The notes: generated by a model not told the origin, from the letters alone. A stretch of DNA of 64,000 bases from Candidatus Magasanikiibacteriota bacterium (GCA_041666745.1 JBAYGI010000003.1:76782-140781), one strand, 5' to 3'; shown: positions 10,041-20,616, numbered from the stretch's first letter. Translations and numbers: made by a program.

Positions 10041-10790
10041 TTAAACTAATTTTTTTATTTTTAAAAACTCATCAAATATAACACCTGTGTCTACTTTATA
10101 ACACAAAAACTGAACACCAATATTTTTATAGAATTCTAACTCGCTATCCGAATGAAACATGCAACCAACACTCTTTCCTGTGGCACGAATAATTTTTACC
10201 ATATTTTCTAGTTCGTTCAAAACTTTTTTATTACTAGTATCACCACTAACGCCGAGAGCAACGGAAAGGTCATAAGCACCAATATACACCATGTCGATAT
10301 TATCATCGCTAATAATTTCTTTTAACATCTCAATCCCGTCTTTATCTTCAATCATGATGGCTGTTAGCAGCTCATCATTTTGCATATTTAGGTCAAATGG
10401 ACGTGCACCATAACCGCCGGCACGAATATAAGGATTAAAACTCCGATTGCCAATTGGAGCGAATTTTGCACAGTGAACAACTTTTTTTCTTTCCGCCACA
10501 GAACTGATATGCGGTACCAATATTCCAGAAGAACCAATTTCCAACGCTCTTAAAATATCTGATTCATCATTCCTAGAAACACGTATCAAAGGGCAACATC
10601 CTTCTACTTGAGCAGCCATCACCATTTGACCGGCTCGCTCAAAACTCATAGACCCGTGTTCCATATCGATTATTACAAAATCTAAACCGGCTTTAGAAAT
10701 AACATTCACAACTTCTGGTGACGGTAGTTCACACCATGTTCCTAAAATATTTTTGCCCTGAGCTAATTTTTCTTTTAAATTTTGGCGCAT
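10041..10790 (-). CDS. HpcH/HpaI class II pyruvate aldolase
   Basis: DFVIIDMEHG, MIED, YIGAYDLS. Confidence 0.85.
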   Translation of the reverse strand: MRQNLKEKLAQGKNILGTWCELPSPEVVNVISKAGLDFVIIDMEHGSMSFERAGQMVMAAQVEGCCPLIRVSRNDESDILRALEIGSSGILVPHISSVAERKKVVHCAKFAPIGNRSFNPYIRAGGYGARPFDLNMQNDELLTAIMIEDKDGIEMLKEIISDDNIDMVYIGAYDLSVALGVSGDTSNKKVLNELENMVKIIRATGKSVGCMFHSDSELEFYKNIGVQFLCYKVDTGVIFDEFLKIKKLV

Positions 10791-10801
10791 AAAAATATGT
10801 T

Positions 10802-11812
10802 TTAATTATTTTTTGTTTTTGAGAGTTGTAAAGCCACTTCAATCACCATATCCTCTTGCCCACCAACAATATTGCGTTTACCTAATTCAGTATAAATGTC
10901 TCTGACGTCAACGTTGTATTTTTCAGCGGCACGTTTAATGGGTAAAGCGTAGAGAGAAAACACCCCTGTCAATCCACCCATCAGGCCTATCATGTCAATC
11001 TCTTGTGGTTTTTTCATAATCTTGGCGACTACTTGCTCGCTAACATCCATCATTTTATATAGATCCAAACCACTTTCAATATTCATTTTTTTTAATAAAG
11101 TGCCTAAAGCTTCCAATTGGCAATTGCCGGAGCTGGCGCCGAAACCTCTGATAGTACCATCAATAATAGTTGCACCATTTTGCAGAGCAATTAGAGAATT
11201 AGCCACGGCCATACCAAAATTATTGTGAGCATGAAAACCAACGGGAATATCCAAATGTTTTACTAAATGACTTATTGTCTCGGTTACTAATGATGGAGTT
11301 GAAGAACCGGCTGAATCCATAATAATTATACCACGAGCGCCGTAAGATTGCATTTTAACAGCTTCTTCAACTAAACGTTCTTTGGTGGTCATATGATACA
11401 TCATCAAAATTCCGTAAACTTCTTTGTTATTATCGTGCAAATATTGAATATATTGTTGAGTAGTATCAGCCTCAGTACAATGGGAACCGACACAAAATAC
11501 ATCTACCCCAATATCTATAGCTGGCTGCAAATCGTCTTTGATCGTTGCAAACCCAGGAATTAAGAACACTCCTAGTCGGGTTTTTTTTAAGGCTTTTCTC
11601 GCGACCGCTAACATTTCAGCGTCTTTGATGACAGCAAAACCCACCTGATGAGAAGATGCCCCCAAACCGTTGCCGTGGCCGACAATGACAGTATAAATTC
11701 CAGAACCATCAATTTTTTCGCAATACTCGCGAATTTGGTCAGCAGTAATTTGGTGAGAAACTGCGTGAGATCCATCTCGAAGCGTGGAGTCAAAAAATTT
11801 CAGATTATTCAT
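10802..11812 (-). CDS. 4-hydroxy-2-oxovalerate aldolase (DmpG/MhpE family)
   Basis: DSTLRDGSH, GHGNGLG, HCTEAD, GFHAHNN, VGGQED; start at MNNLKF. Confidence 0.9.
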   Translation of the reverse strand: MNNLKFFDSTLRDGSHAVSHQITADQIREYCEKIDGSGIYTVIVGHGNGLGASSHQVGFAVIKDAEMLAVARKALKKTRLGVFLIPGFATIKDDLQPAIDIGVDVFCVGSHCTEADTTQQYIQYLHDNNKEVYGILMMYHMTTKERLVEEAVKMQSYGARGIIIMDSAGSSTPSLVTETISHLVKHLDIPVGFHAHNNFGMAVANSLIALQNGATIIDGTIRGFGASSGNCQLEALGTLLKKMNIESGLDLYKMMDVSEQVVAKIMKKPQEIDMIGLMGGLTGVFSLYALPIKRAAEKYNVDVRDIYTELGKRNIVGGQEDMVIEVALQLSKTKNN

Positions 11813-11814
11813 AT

Positions 11815-12708
11815 TTATTTGATTAGTTTGTAATACGCATATTCCTCGGCCACATGCACAGCAGCACAAGTGATAATATCTAAATTACCAGCGTAGGGTG
11901 GTAAAAAATCGCCACTACCAATTACCTGTACCATCATCACTACTCGCCCTTTATCCAATACTGGACCTAAAGTAAGTTTGTAACCAGGAATATATTTTTT
12001 TATTTCTTCAATTTTAGATTCAATTTTTTCTTTTAATAAATCAATATTTAAATTAGGTATAGTGGCATAAATAGTATTGTGCATATTAACTGGCGGTTCA
12101 GCGGGATTAAATACTAAAATTACTTTTGCCTTTTTAACTCCAGAAAATTCTTCTAGCGCGTTTTTGGTAGTCTGCATATACTCTTCAATATTGGCACGCG
12201 TACCTGCCCCCGCCGACTTGGAAGCGATACTACCGGCTACCTCAATATATTCAGTATCAGGATGCGTATCCATAATAACCTTGGCTAATGGTATGCAGGC
12301 TTGTCCTCCACAAGTGACCATATTTACATTATCAACAGCGAAAGCAATGTCTGGATTAATTGCTGGTACACACATTTGACCAATTCTCGAAGGTGTCAAA
12401 TCAATCACAAACTTACCAAGCTTCTTTAAAATTGGAGCATGCTCAAGGTGATTTTTGGCAGAGGTAGCGTCAAAAACAATCTCACAAGATTCTGGATTGT
12501 CAATAATAGCTTGAATTGAATTAGTAGAAGTGGGCACCCCCATCTCTTTTGCTCTTTTCAAACCTTGCGAATCAGCACTACGCCCAGTAAACAAACCACA
12601 AGTTAAATACTTTGATTTTTGTACTTTTAACAATAAATCACTGCCAATATTGCCTGTTCCAATAATTGCTACTTTAATTTTATTCATAAAATCCAGCTTA
12701 TTTTTCAA
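11815..12708 (-). CDS. Acetaldehyde dehydrogenase, acetylating (DmpF/MhpF family)
   Basis: IIGTGNIGSDL, FDATSA, NMVTCGGQA, SAGAGTRANI, YAGNLDI; start may be 12687. Confidence 0.9.
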   Translation of the reverse strand: MKNKLDFMNKIKVAIIGTGNIGSDLLLKVQKSKYLTCGLFTGRSADSQGLKRAKEMGVPTSTNSIQAIIDNPESCEIVFDATSAKNHLEHAPILKKLGKFVIDLTPSRIGQMCVPAINPDIAFAVDNVNMVTCGGQACIPLAKVIMDTHPDTEYIEVAGSIASKSAGAGTRANIEEYMQTTKNALEEFSGVKKAKVILVFNPAEPPVNMHNTIYATIPNLNIDLLKEKIESKIEEIKKYIPGYKLTLGPVLDKGRVVMMVQVIGSGDFLPPYAGNLDIITCAAVHVAEEYAYYKLIK

Positions 12709-13774
12709 ATAAGAAAGAATTAATTTGATTATTTGTCAAATCATTCATATTTTTTGAACCGCTATAAAATTGACGATACCAATCAAACGTTAACTCTAAA
12801 CAATTTTTTAAATTTAACTGTGGTTTCCAACCCAATTCATTCGTCGCTTTTTTAATATCTAACTTGAGAATATTAGCTTCATGTTTGGCGTTGTCAGGAA
12901 CTATTTTGTATTTTCCTCGTTTCAAAATTGAAATACCGGAACGAACCAAATCTTCGACACATACAAAACCCTCTTCATACGGACCAAAATTCCAAGCGCC
13001 AGATAAGTTTTTTTTACCATTATACAAATGTTCTGCCAATAATAAATAGCCTCGAAGTGGTTCTAAAACATGTTGCCACGGTCTGATTGATTTTGGGTTT
13101 CTAATAATAACATCTTCCTGACGCTCAAAAATTGCTCGCATCATATCCGGAATCAAACGGTCTTTTGCCCAATCCCCACCTCCAATTACATTGCCAGCCC
13201 GAGCAATACCAACCAAAGTATGGTGTTTGGTACCAAAGTCAGGTGGACTAAAGAAAGAACGGATATATGAGTAGGAAACAATATCAGCGGCAGCTTTGCT
13301 GGCACTATATGGATCATACCCACCTAAAGAATCAGTTTCGCTATATGGTTCTGGTCGTTCTTTATTTTCATAAACCTTATCAGTAGTAATAATAACAGCT
13401 GATTTAACACCACCAACTTCTTTGATAGCCTGCAAAACATTGGCGGTACCGATGATATTGATATTGTAGGTAGTCAATGGATCATCATAGCTGTCGCGAA
13501 CAAGTGGTTGGGCAGCCAAATGAAATACTATTTCTGGTTTTGTTTTACTTACTATTTCTTTTAATTTTTTATAATCACAAATATCAACAAAATAGTTATT
13601 TTTTATTTGGTTGGACAATTCCAAAGTATCAAATAAATTGGGAATAGTATTGGGAGGAAGCGAAATGCCAGTAACTTCAGCACCCCAATTACATAAAATT
13701 TTAGTCAACCAAGCGCCTTTAAAACCAGAGTGACCAGTAATCAAAACTTTTTTGTGGTTATAAAAATTTATCAT
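12698..13774 (-). CDS. rfbG: CDP-glucose 4,6-dehydratase
   Basis: TGHSGFKGAWL, HLAAQPLVR, TTDKVY, DPYSASK, RAGNVIGGGDW, RPWQHVLEPL. Confidence 0.95.
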   Translation of the reverse strand: MINFYNHKKVLITGHSGFKGAWLTKILCNWGAEVTGISLPPNTIPNLFDTLELSNQIKNNYFVDICDYKKLKEIVSKTKPEIVFHLAAQPLVRDSYDDPLTTYNINIIGTANVLQAIKEVGGVKSAVIITTDKVYENKERPEPYSETDSLGGYDPYSASKAAADIVSYSYIRSFFSPPDFGTKHHTLVGIARAGNVIGGGDWAKDRLIPDMMRAIFERQEDVIIRNPKSIRPWQHVLEPLRGYLLLAEHLYNGKKNLSGAWNFGPYEEGFVCVEDLVRSGISILKRGKYKIVPDNAKHEANILKLDIKKATNELGWKPQLNLKNCLELTFDWYRQFYSGSKNMNDLTNNQINSFLFEK

Positions 13775-13779
13775 AATGA

Positions 13780-14460
13780 TTATCTTTTTTTCTGAATATA
13801 GTAGATGTTGCTACCATCGTACAAAACCTTTTTATATCCATACTTTGACAAAAATTGGTCATAGTTCTTTCCCTCAATACACAAGACCGAAGCACCGTAT
13901 TTAGACCAATTGTTGCCACTTAAAATTTCATTTTCAAATCCTTCCACATCCATGTTAATAAAATCTATATGGGTCAAATTATTGTCACTAAAAATCTTAC
14001 TCAGAGTTGAAACTTTAATTTTTTTAGATTGTAGATCATATTTTCTTTCATTGTATACTTTTTTAGAAAATGTGAAACCAGTACTGTCGATGAGAGTGGC
14101 GTTTGGTTTGTAATAATAATCCAACTCACCTTCTTGGCCAGCTAATCCAATATTTAAATTTATATCACGTGGTCTATCTTTTAAAAATAATAGATAATTA
14201 TCAGAATTGGGTTCTATGTTTATACCGCTCCACCCTCTTTCATAAAACTTCTTCGTTACACTTATCTTGTGTGGATTGTTGGCTCCAATATCAATATAAG
14301 ATCCAGTATCTTTAAAACCGGTAAGAATATCAATTATTTGATCTTCCTTATTTTGGGCATAAGTAATCTTATCTTTAGAGAATAAACTCACAAATAAAAA
14401 AGCAATACGGTGATAAAATTGATATAAAATCTTGTTTAAAATATTTTTAAAGTATTTCAT
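13780..14460 (-). CDS. FkbM-family methyltransferase
   Basis: YIDIGAN, GWSGINIEP, IDFINMDVEGFE. Confidence 0.85.
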   Translation of the reverse strand: MKYFKNILNKILYQFYHRIAFLFVSLFSKDKITYAQNKEDQIIDILTGFKDTGSYIDIGANNPHKISVTKKFYERGWSGINIEPNSDNYLLFLKDRPRDINLNIGLAGQEGELDYYYKPNATLIDSTGFTFSKKVYNERKYDLQSKKIKVSTLSKIFSDNNLTHIDFINMDVEGFENEILSGNNWSKYGASVLCIEGKNYDQFLSKYGYKKVLYDGSNIYYIQKKR

Positions 14461-14462
14461 AA

Positions 14463-15248
14463 TTATTTCCAAATTTTCCAAAAAGGATCTTTGTTCCACA
14501 TTTCATTTAAATCATCTGCCTCTTTTGCTGTATCCATACATTTCCAATTTCCTGAATGTTTGTATACTGATAGTTGTAATTGTTGAGACAAAGGAGAGAA
14601 AACAGATTCAATCATACTGTTTGGCGTGATTAAATCCAGTACTTGTTTTTCGAACACCATAAAACCACCATTGATATAATCTTTTGGGCGACAATCTTCA
14701 TTGTCAGTAATTTTATGTTGAAAAAAATCTACTACTTTACTGGACTCATGATGAATATTTAACATACCAAAACGAGTTGAAGGATGGATACCGGTAATAG
14801 TACCAACAGTTCCCTGTCGATTATGAAATTCCACCAACTCTTTAATGTTAATATCACTCACACCATCACCATAGGTAACCATAAAAGGCCCGTCATCTAA
14901 ATATTTTGCCGCCTGTAAAACACGTTCACCTGTCAACGAAGCTTGTCCAGTTTCTGCAAAAGTAATTTTAAAATCATCACATTCATTATTATGAAAGGTT
15001 ACTTCGTTGGTTTTAGTTGATAAAGTAAAATCATTTAATAATCCACGCCAATTCAAAAAATATTCTTTAATCATATTGCCTTTGTATCCGAGCGCTAAAA
15101 CAAATTCATTATAACCATAATGAGAATAAATTTTCATTATATGCCATAGCATTGGTTTACCGCCAATTTCCACCAAAGGCTTCGGTTTGAATTCTGTTTC
15201 CTCTTTCATGCGGGTGCCGGTGCCACCGCAAAGTATTATAGTTTTCAT
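14463..15248 (-). CDS. rfbF: Glucose-1-phosphate cytidylyltransferase
   Basis: LCGGTGTRMKEETEFKPKPLVEIGGKP, TYGDG, INGGF, WKCMDT. Confidence 0.9.
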   Translation of the reverse strand: MKTIILCGGTGTRMKEETEFKPKPLVEIGGKPMLWHIMKIYSHYGYNEFVLALGYKGNMIKEYFLNWRGLLNDFTLSTKTNEVTFHNNECDDFKITFAETGQASLTGERVLQAAKYLDDGPFMVTYGDGVSDINIKELVEFHNRQGTVGTITGIHPSTRFGMLNIHHESSKVVDFFQHKITDNEDCRPKDYINGGFMVFEKQVLDLITPNSMIESVFSPLSQQLQLSVYKHSGNWKCMDTAKEADDLNEMWNKDPFWKIWK

Positions 15249-15285
15249 ATTTTTATGATTATTAATTTTCTAATTTAAATTATTA

Positions 15286-16284
15286 TTAAGCGCTTGCATT
15301 AATATTTTTTCGAGAATCCCTAATTAACTTAATAAAACTGTTTGGTACAAAAAATATTATCACTGCCAACAATAAATAGAAGGGCGAACAATAGAATTCA
15401 TCAATCATCATCTTTAAATCATTCATTTTACAATTGAGGCCGTTGGCCTTGGCTCTTAGTAGCATGAGGATTAATTTTTTTGGAAATGAAGACAATATTT
15501 GATTAACATAATTTATATTATAACCAAAACTCGGTAGTTTTTTAAGTATTCTATTCCAATTGATAAAATAATAAAACTCTGTACCACCCTTAATCCAATC
15601 ACACGATTGCATAGTGGAAACTAACGAAGCGCCATTGTGTTCGAACGGTAAATTGGATTGAGCGATCATTTTTAGTGCAATTTCATAGTATGACCAACCT
15701 ACAAAATATCCTGTTCTATCTACATCTAGCCACATTTGTCTATTAAAAATCATAGACGACAACAAACCAATACAATAATTTTTTGCAAAAAATTCATTGT
15801 GTGCTTTTGGCGCGAAATGTTCGACATTTTCCAGATAATTTCTCTTTTTGTATACAGTCGCCATATCAACAAACTTCTCAGTTTGTACAGTATATAGGGC
15901 GAGAATATTATTTTTCAAATATTTAACTAGATAATCCAAAGCACCGTTAAGGATAAAATCATCGTCGCCAATAATCCAAGCGTACTTGCCGTTTGAATTA
16001 ACAACAGACTCTATATAATTTGCGTCACAACCAAGATTTTCTTTATTTATAAAATATGTAATATTGGAATATTGTTTGATAAACTTTTCAACAACTAATC
16101 TAGTATTATCTGTACTAGCATTATCAGAAACGACAATTTCTATTTCCGATAATAAATCTGGGTTTTTACCAATCTGCGCAAAAATAGTACTCAAACACTG
16201 GTCGAGATTGTTGGCACGGCAATAGGTAGGTATACAGATACTTAATGTTGGTTGATTTGACATAATTTCTTTTACAGTTTTCAT
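15286..16284 (-). CDS. GT2 glycosyltransferase (abequosyltransferase RfbV-like)
   Basis: LSICIPTY, SDNASTD, NLGCDAN, YAWIIGDDD. Confidence 0.8.
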   Translation of the reverse strand: MKTVKEIMSNQPTLSICIPTYCRANNLDQCLSTIFAQIGKNPDLLSEIEIVVSDNASTDNTRLVVEKFIKQYSNITYFINKENLGCDANYIESVVNSNGKYAWIIGDDDFILNGALDYLVKYLKNNILALYTVQTEKFVDMATVYKKRNYLENVEHFAPKAHNEFFAKNYCIGLLSSMIFNRQMWLDVDRTGYFVGWSYYEIALKMIAQSNLPFEHNGASLVSTMQSCDWIKGGTEFYYFINWNRILKKLPSFGYNINYVNQILSSFPKKLILMLLRAKANGLNCKMNDLKMMIDEFYCSPFYLLLAVIIFFVPNSFIKLIRDSRKNINASA

Positions 16285-16287
16285 TAA

Positions 16288-17211
16288 CTAACGCCTCAGA
16301 GCCGACTTAATGGTTTTAATAATATTTTCAACTGATAGACCGGCTTGGGAACGCATAAACTCTTGTGACCCAACAACCGAATAATAAAGATCAGGAACTC
16401 CCAAACGTTTAAAACGACCCTTAAAACCCAATTCACATAGCTCTGCACCGACCGTGGTTCCAAATCCACCAATTATATTCCCCTCTTCTAGGGTTATTAT
16501 AAAGTTACTTTGATTAGCTAATTTAAGCAACCGTCCTCTATCAAGAGGTTTGATGGTATTGAAATAAATTAGTCCAATATCAATACCTTCATTAATTAAT
16601 TGTTGAACAGCGATATAAGCACTATTAACAATCGTGCCAATACACAATAACATTACATCATTGCCAGATTTTATAATTGAGCTAACGCCCAACTTAGCAG
16701 GTTCCTCATGTAGCCATGATAACGATGGATCACCACCTTTACTAAGACGAAGATAACACGGTCCAGCTGAGGACACGATCTGCGAAATGAGCTGAGCGGA
16801 TTGAATGGCGTCGGCAGGTACAACTATTCTCATGTTCGGCAATGATTGCATAACTGCTATATCTTCGATAGCATGATGAGTTACTCCAGCAGAACCATAA
16901 GTATACCCAGCACCAACACCAATTATAGTAACATCTAAATTTTGATAACAAACGTCAACTTTAATCTGTTCTAAACATCGCAAGGTTACAAACGGCACAA
17001 TAGAATAAACAAAAACTTTTTTTCCAGACAAGGCTAGCCCTGCCGCCAAGCCTATCATATTTTGTTCAGCAATACCAACATTGATAAACTGTTTGGGAAG
17101 TTCTCTTTGAAAATTTTCTACTACAGAGTAACCTAAATCTCCAATTAGTAAAATAATATTGGGATTCTTTTTAGCCTCCTCAAATATGTTGTTTATGACA
17201 GTGTTTCTCAT
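16288..17211 (-). CDS. Transketolase, C-terminal (pyrimidine-binding) subunit
   Basis: GDLG, NVGIAEQN, THHAIED, GPCYLRL. Confidence 0.9.
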   Translation of the reverse strand: MRNTVINNIFEEAKKNPNIILLIGDLGYSVVENFQRELPKQFINVGIAEQNMIGLAAGLALSGKKVFVYSIVPFVTLRCLEQIKVDVCYQNLDVTIIGVGAGYTYGSAGVTHHAIEDIAVMQSLPNMRIVVPADAIQSAQLISQIVSSAGPCYLRLSKGGDPSLSWLHEEPAKLGVSSIIKSGNDVMLLCIGTIVNSAYIAVQQLINEGIDIGLIYFNTIKPLDRGRLLKLANQSNFIITLEEGNIIGGFGTTVGAELCELGFKGRFKRLGVPDLYYSVVGSQEFMRSQAGLSVENIIKTIKSALRR

Positions 17212-18026
17212 ATGCTATCCAATTCTCTAATGGCCATATCCAATTCCAATTGATTAGGGCTCTTATAATGCCATTCTACTTTATTCTCCATAAAGGAGAC
17301 CCCTTTACCCTTAATGGTGTTCGCCAACAAGAGTTTTGGATTTTTGTTTTTTGAACTATTTAAAATCGCAAATGATCTTTCTATTTCTTCAAAATTATGA
17401 CCAGAGACTTCAACTACCTCCCACCCAAAAGCCTGCCAACGTTCCGCCATATTTTCAAAATTCATTATAGTACCTGAAAATCCCATTCCCTGTTGTTTGT
17501 TATAATCAACGATCGCTACTAAATTATTCAATTGATGGTGTTTGGCAAACATGGCCGCCTCCCATACCGAACCTTCGTTACATTCTCCATCTCCCATGAG
17601 ACAATAAAAACGTCGATTATTGTTGTCACCTGCCTTGGCCGCCCAAGCCATGCCAGCGGCCATTGATAAGACATGCCCCAATGAACCAGCTGTATTTTCG
17701 ACACCTGACAAGCAATTTATGGTTACATGATTGGCCAAAACTGTTCCATCTTTACCAAATGTATCTAAAATTTTTGAAGAAACAAAACCGAACTCTGCCA
17801 AAACAGCATACAAAGCAACAGCTGCGTGACCTTTACTAAGCATAAAAATATCGCGATTAGGATCTTGCGGTGCAGTTGCTTTGATATTTAAAATTCTACT
17901 ATATAGAACCACTAACAAATCCACAATACTAAAACAGGAGCCAATGTGCGAAGATTTGCTTCTACTCAGTATTTCTAAAATATTTTTCCTAATAATTTTC
18001 GACCTTTGATGTAAATCATTTTCCAT
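17208..18026 (-). CDS. Transketolase, N-terminal (ThDP-binding) subunit
   Basis: SHIGS, DIFMLSKGH, GSLGH, GDGECNEGSVWEA, TIKGKG. Confidence 0.9.
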   Translation of the reverse strand: MENDLHQRSKIIRKNILEILSRSKSSHIGSCFSIVDLLVVLYSRILNIKATAPQDPNRDIFMLSKGHAAVALYAVLAEFGFVSSKILDTFGKDGTVLANHVTINCLSGVENTAGSLGHVLSMAAGMAWAAKAGDNNNRRFYCLMGDGECNEGSVWEAAMFAKHHQLNNLVAIVDYNKQQGMGFSGTIMNFENMAERWQAFGWEVVEVSGHNFEEIERSFAILNSSKNKNPKLLLANTIKGKGVSFMENKVEWHYKSPNQLELDMAIRELDSI

Positions 18027-18027
18027 A

Positions 18028-19083
18028 TTAGCTCAAAAAACTTTCAATGGTTCTTTTAAATCCTGTTTTAATATCGAACACCGGTTCCCATCCTAACTGT
18101 TTTATTTTTTCAATCGATGGGCAAGAAATATTAAATTCACTGGCAAGATAATAATCATTCTGTTCCCTGATCTTCACAACAACCTTTAGTTTTTTTTCTG
18201 GATACAACCCAACTATCAAATTAGCTAAGTCTCTAATTGATAAAGCGGCGCGTGGATTGCCTAAATTATAGACTTCGCCTGCCTGTCCCTTTAATAATAC
18301 TGACAAAGCACCCACAACAAAATCAGCCACATAACAAAAAGCCCTAACATTTTTACCGTCACTTTTTAACACTAAATCACGGTTGTCAATTACATCAGAA
18401 ACAAAATCGGCGAAAACGCGCCCATCATCTAACGCAAAACCGGGGCCATAAGTATGAAACGGCCTAATAATATTGACAGGAAGGGCATATTGTTGAAACC
18501 ACGATAAACACAAAGTTTCTCCGGCGCGTTTACCTTCAGCATAACACGAACGAATCTTGGCTGGGTCAATTTTACCCACATCGTTTTCTTTAATCAAACT
18601 TCCACCATCGCCCATTGTTCCATATATTTCCGAGGAGCTAAAAAAAAGAAAATTTTTAATTTTTTTTAAAGCACCCTCTGCTAGTAAATTATATGTACCA
18701 AGCACATTTGGCAAAAAAGTTCCAACCGGATCAGTATAATAATATTTTGGGCTGGCCTGACTAGCGGCATGAATCACATAATCAATATTATCATCGGGTA
18801 AAGATAGTGGTACACAAACATCTTGTACAATTATTTTAAGATCCTCCCTATCCTTATAATGTGCAAACCGCTTAAGTGCTTTATCCTTATTTCTGACCAA
18901 TGCAATAACTTTTAATTTTGAAAATAATTTTTTTTCATTCAAATATAATAGCGCCCCCACTATGTATGACGGTAAAAAACCATTTGCGCCGGAAATTAAT
19001 ATCGTACTACCTGCCAGTTTGTCCCATGGCAAATTAGCATCCGTAATAAATTTTAGGTCTTCCTCAATAATAATATTTCTCAT
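18028..19083 (-). CDS. NAD-dependent epimerase/dehydratase (UDP-glucuronate decarboxylase-like)
   Basis: SGANGFL, HAASQASP, SSSEIYG, RSCYAEGKR, RPFHTYGP. Confidence 0.85.
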   Translation of the reverse strand: MRNIIIEEDLKFITDANLPWDKLAGSTILISGANGFLPSYIVGALLYLNEKKLFSKLKVIALVRNKDKALKRFAHYKDREDLKIIVQDVCVPLSLPDDNIDYVIHAASQASPKYYYTDPVGTFLPNVLGTYNLLAEGALKKIKNFLFFSSSEIYGTMGDGGSLIKENDVGKIDPAKIRSCYAEGKRAGETLCLSWFQQYALPVNIIRPFHTYGPGFALDDGRVFADFVSDVIDNRDLVLKSDGKNVRAFCYVADFVVGALSVLLKGQAGEVYNLGNPRAALSIRDLANLIVGLYPEKKLKVVVKIREQNDYYLASEFNISCPSIEKIKQLGWEPVFDIKTGFKRTIESFLS

Positions 19084-19139
19084 AATTACTAAGAATTCAT
19101 ACAATACTGCGAACAGCTATTCGAAAAAAAATAATATTT

Positions 19140-20600
19140 TCATATTTCACTTTGATTAAAATAAGTGTTTAATTTAATTCTAATTGGATTAAAGAAAAAT
19201 ATTAAATCATCCCTGACTATAATACGTAAACGGAACAATAACCAAATATTTATCAAACATAATAATATTCCGAAATAATAATTATTCAGCTGACCGCCGT
19301 ATTTTAATCCAAAAAGTATTAACATATTAATAAAACTCACACACAAAATCTTAGCAAGAAATATTTTATCTTTTTCCCACACAGAAAAATGTTGTAATAA
19401 CAACAAATTAAATACTTCAGCGATCACAGTGGCCCAAGCCGCGCCATACAATGAATATCTTGGAATTAATATTAAATTAAGAATAATATTCAATATCAGA
19501 CCAAAACTAACAATAAACAGACTAAAATATTCTCGACGCTGAATAATTAATAAATTATTAAAAAGCAAACTAATAGTAGCCACTATTTGAACTAATATTA
19601 AAATACGCAGGGCCAAAACGCTGGGCATAAATGAAGCAGGAAAAAATATACTAATTATAGGAGGCGCGAAAAAAATAAAAAATAATGTTATTATCAAACT
19701 ATAAGAAAACATAATGCGCATCGCTCTGTAAAAAAAATCAGTGAATTGCTGACGCTTACTGACATCGTTCCACATAGAAGACAGGGCAGGAAAAATAGAT
19801 GGCATAAATAAAATTGCAGTAAACAAACCGGCAACTTCTAAAAATTTGTAGGCAGTACCATACCAACCAACCGCTTCAAAATTCCCCAAATACCGCAACA
19901 TCACAATATCAACCCTGGCATACAAGCTAGCAAAAAGAGTAATGAACAAAAATGGCAACCCTTTCTTAATCATGGCAAATATTTTTTTGCCATCAAAAAT
20001 TAATCTAAACTTAAATGGTAATGCAACTTTGAAATAATAAAATAAAGAAAATATTTGGCTAAGTAAAATAGCAAAAAACACCGTTTCTACTCGTGGCCAA
20101 AAAAATAATCCAACTGATCCGAGAATGATTATTACCACTTTCTCAAACACCTGTCTAATTGATGGGTATTTAAACAGACTAGCTGACTGGAAAAAAGCAT
20201 CCGCAAGATTGATATATGTTGCGAGAAAAGTTGAAACAAAAAAAGTAATCAAAGCCAATAATATCCTAAAATTGGAAAAATAATTAACAAAAAAGAATGG
20301 CACAAACAAAATCAAAACCGTAATAAGACGCAGAGTAAAAATCAAGAAAAAATCATCTTCAATCTGATTGAATGTCTTGGGACTCTTCGACCATTCTCTA
20401 TACAAATGCCCACTAGCGCCAAAATCCAAAAAAATAAACCACATTATCACGAATGAAGAGATAAAATTGTATTGACCCATGCCAACATCACCCAAAAGAT
20501 GCGACATTAAAACAAAAAAAACGAGACCTAGAATTCGCAAAAAAAACTGTGAAAATAGTGACCATGCAAAATTTTTCCCGGCTTGTAATTCATTGTCCAT
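19140..20600 (-). CDS. wzx: Wzx-type oligosaccharide flippase (MOP family)
   Basis: 12-14 TMs, DFG, RVDIVML...VGWYGTAYK, LIPRYSLYGAAWAT. Confidence 0.85.
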   Translation of the reverse strand: MDNELQAGKNFAWSLFSQFFLRILGLVFFVLMSHLLGDVGMGQYNFISSFVIMWFIFLDFGASGHLYREWSKSPKTFNQIEDDFFLIFTLRLITVLILFVPFFFVNYFSNFRILLALITFFVSTFLATYINLADAFFQSASLFKYPSIRQVFEKVVIIILGSVGLFFWPRVETVFFAILLSQIFSLFYYFKVALPFKFRLIFDGKKIFAMIKKGLPFLFITLFASLYARVDIVMLRYLGNFEAVGWYGTAYKFLEVAGLFTAILFMPSIFPALSSMWNDVSKRQQFTDFFYRAMRIMFSYSLIITLFFIFFAPPIISIFFPASFMPSVLALRILILVQIVATISLLFNNLLIIQRREYFSLFIVSFGLILNIILNLILIPRYSLYGAAWATVIAEVFNLLLLQHFSVWEKDKIFLAKILCVSFINMLILFGLKYGGQLNNYYFGILLCLINIWLLFRLRIIVRDDLIFFFNPIRIKLNTYFNQSEI

Positions 20601-20616
20601 AAAATCAAATTATACT

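Noticed and set aside
10802-12708. Aromatic degradation operon (mhp/dmp)
   Set aside because: No dioxygenase, hydrolase or hydratase genes; embedded in the glycan cluster
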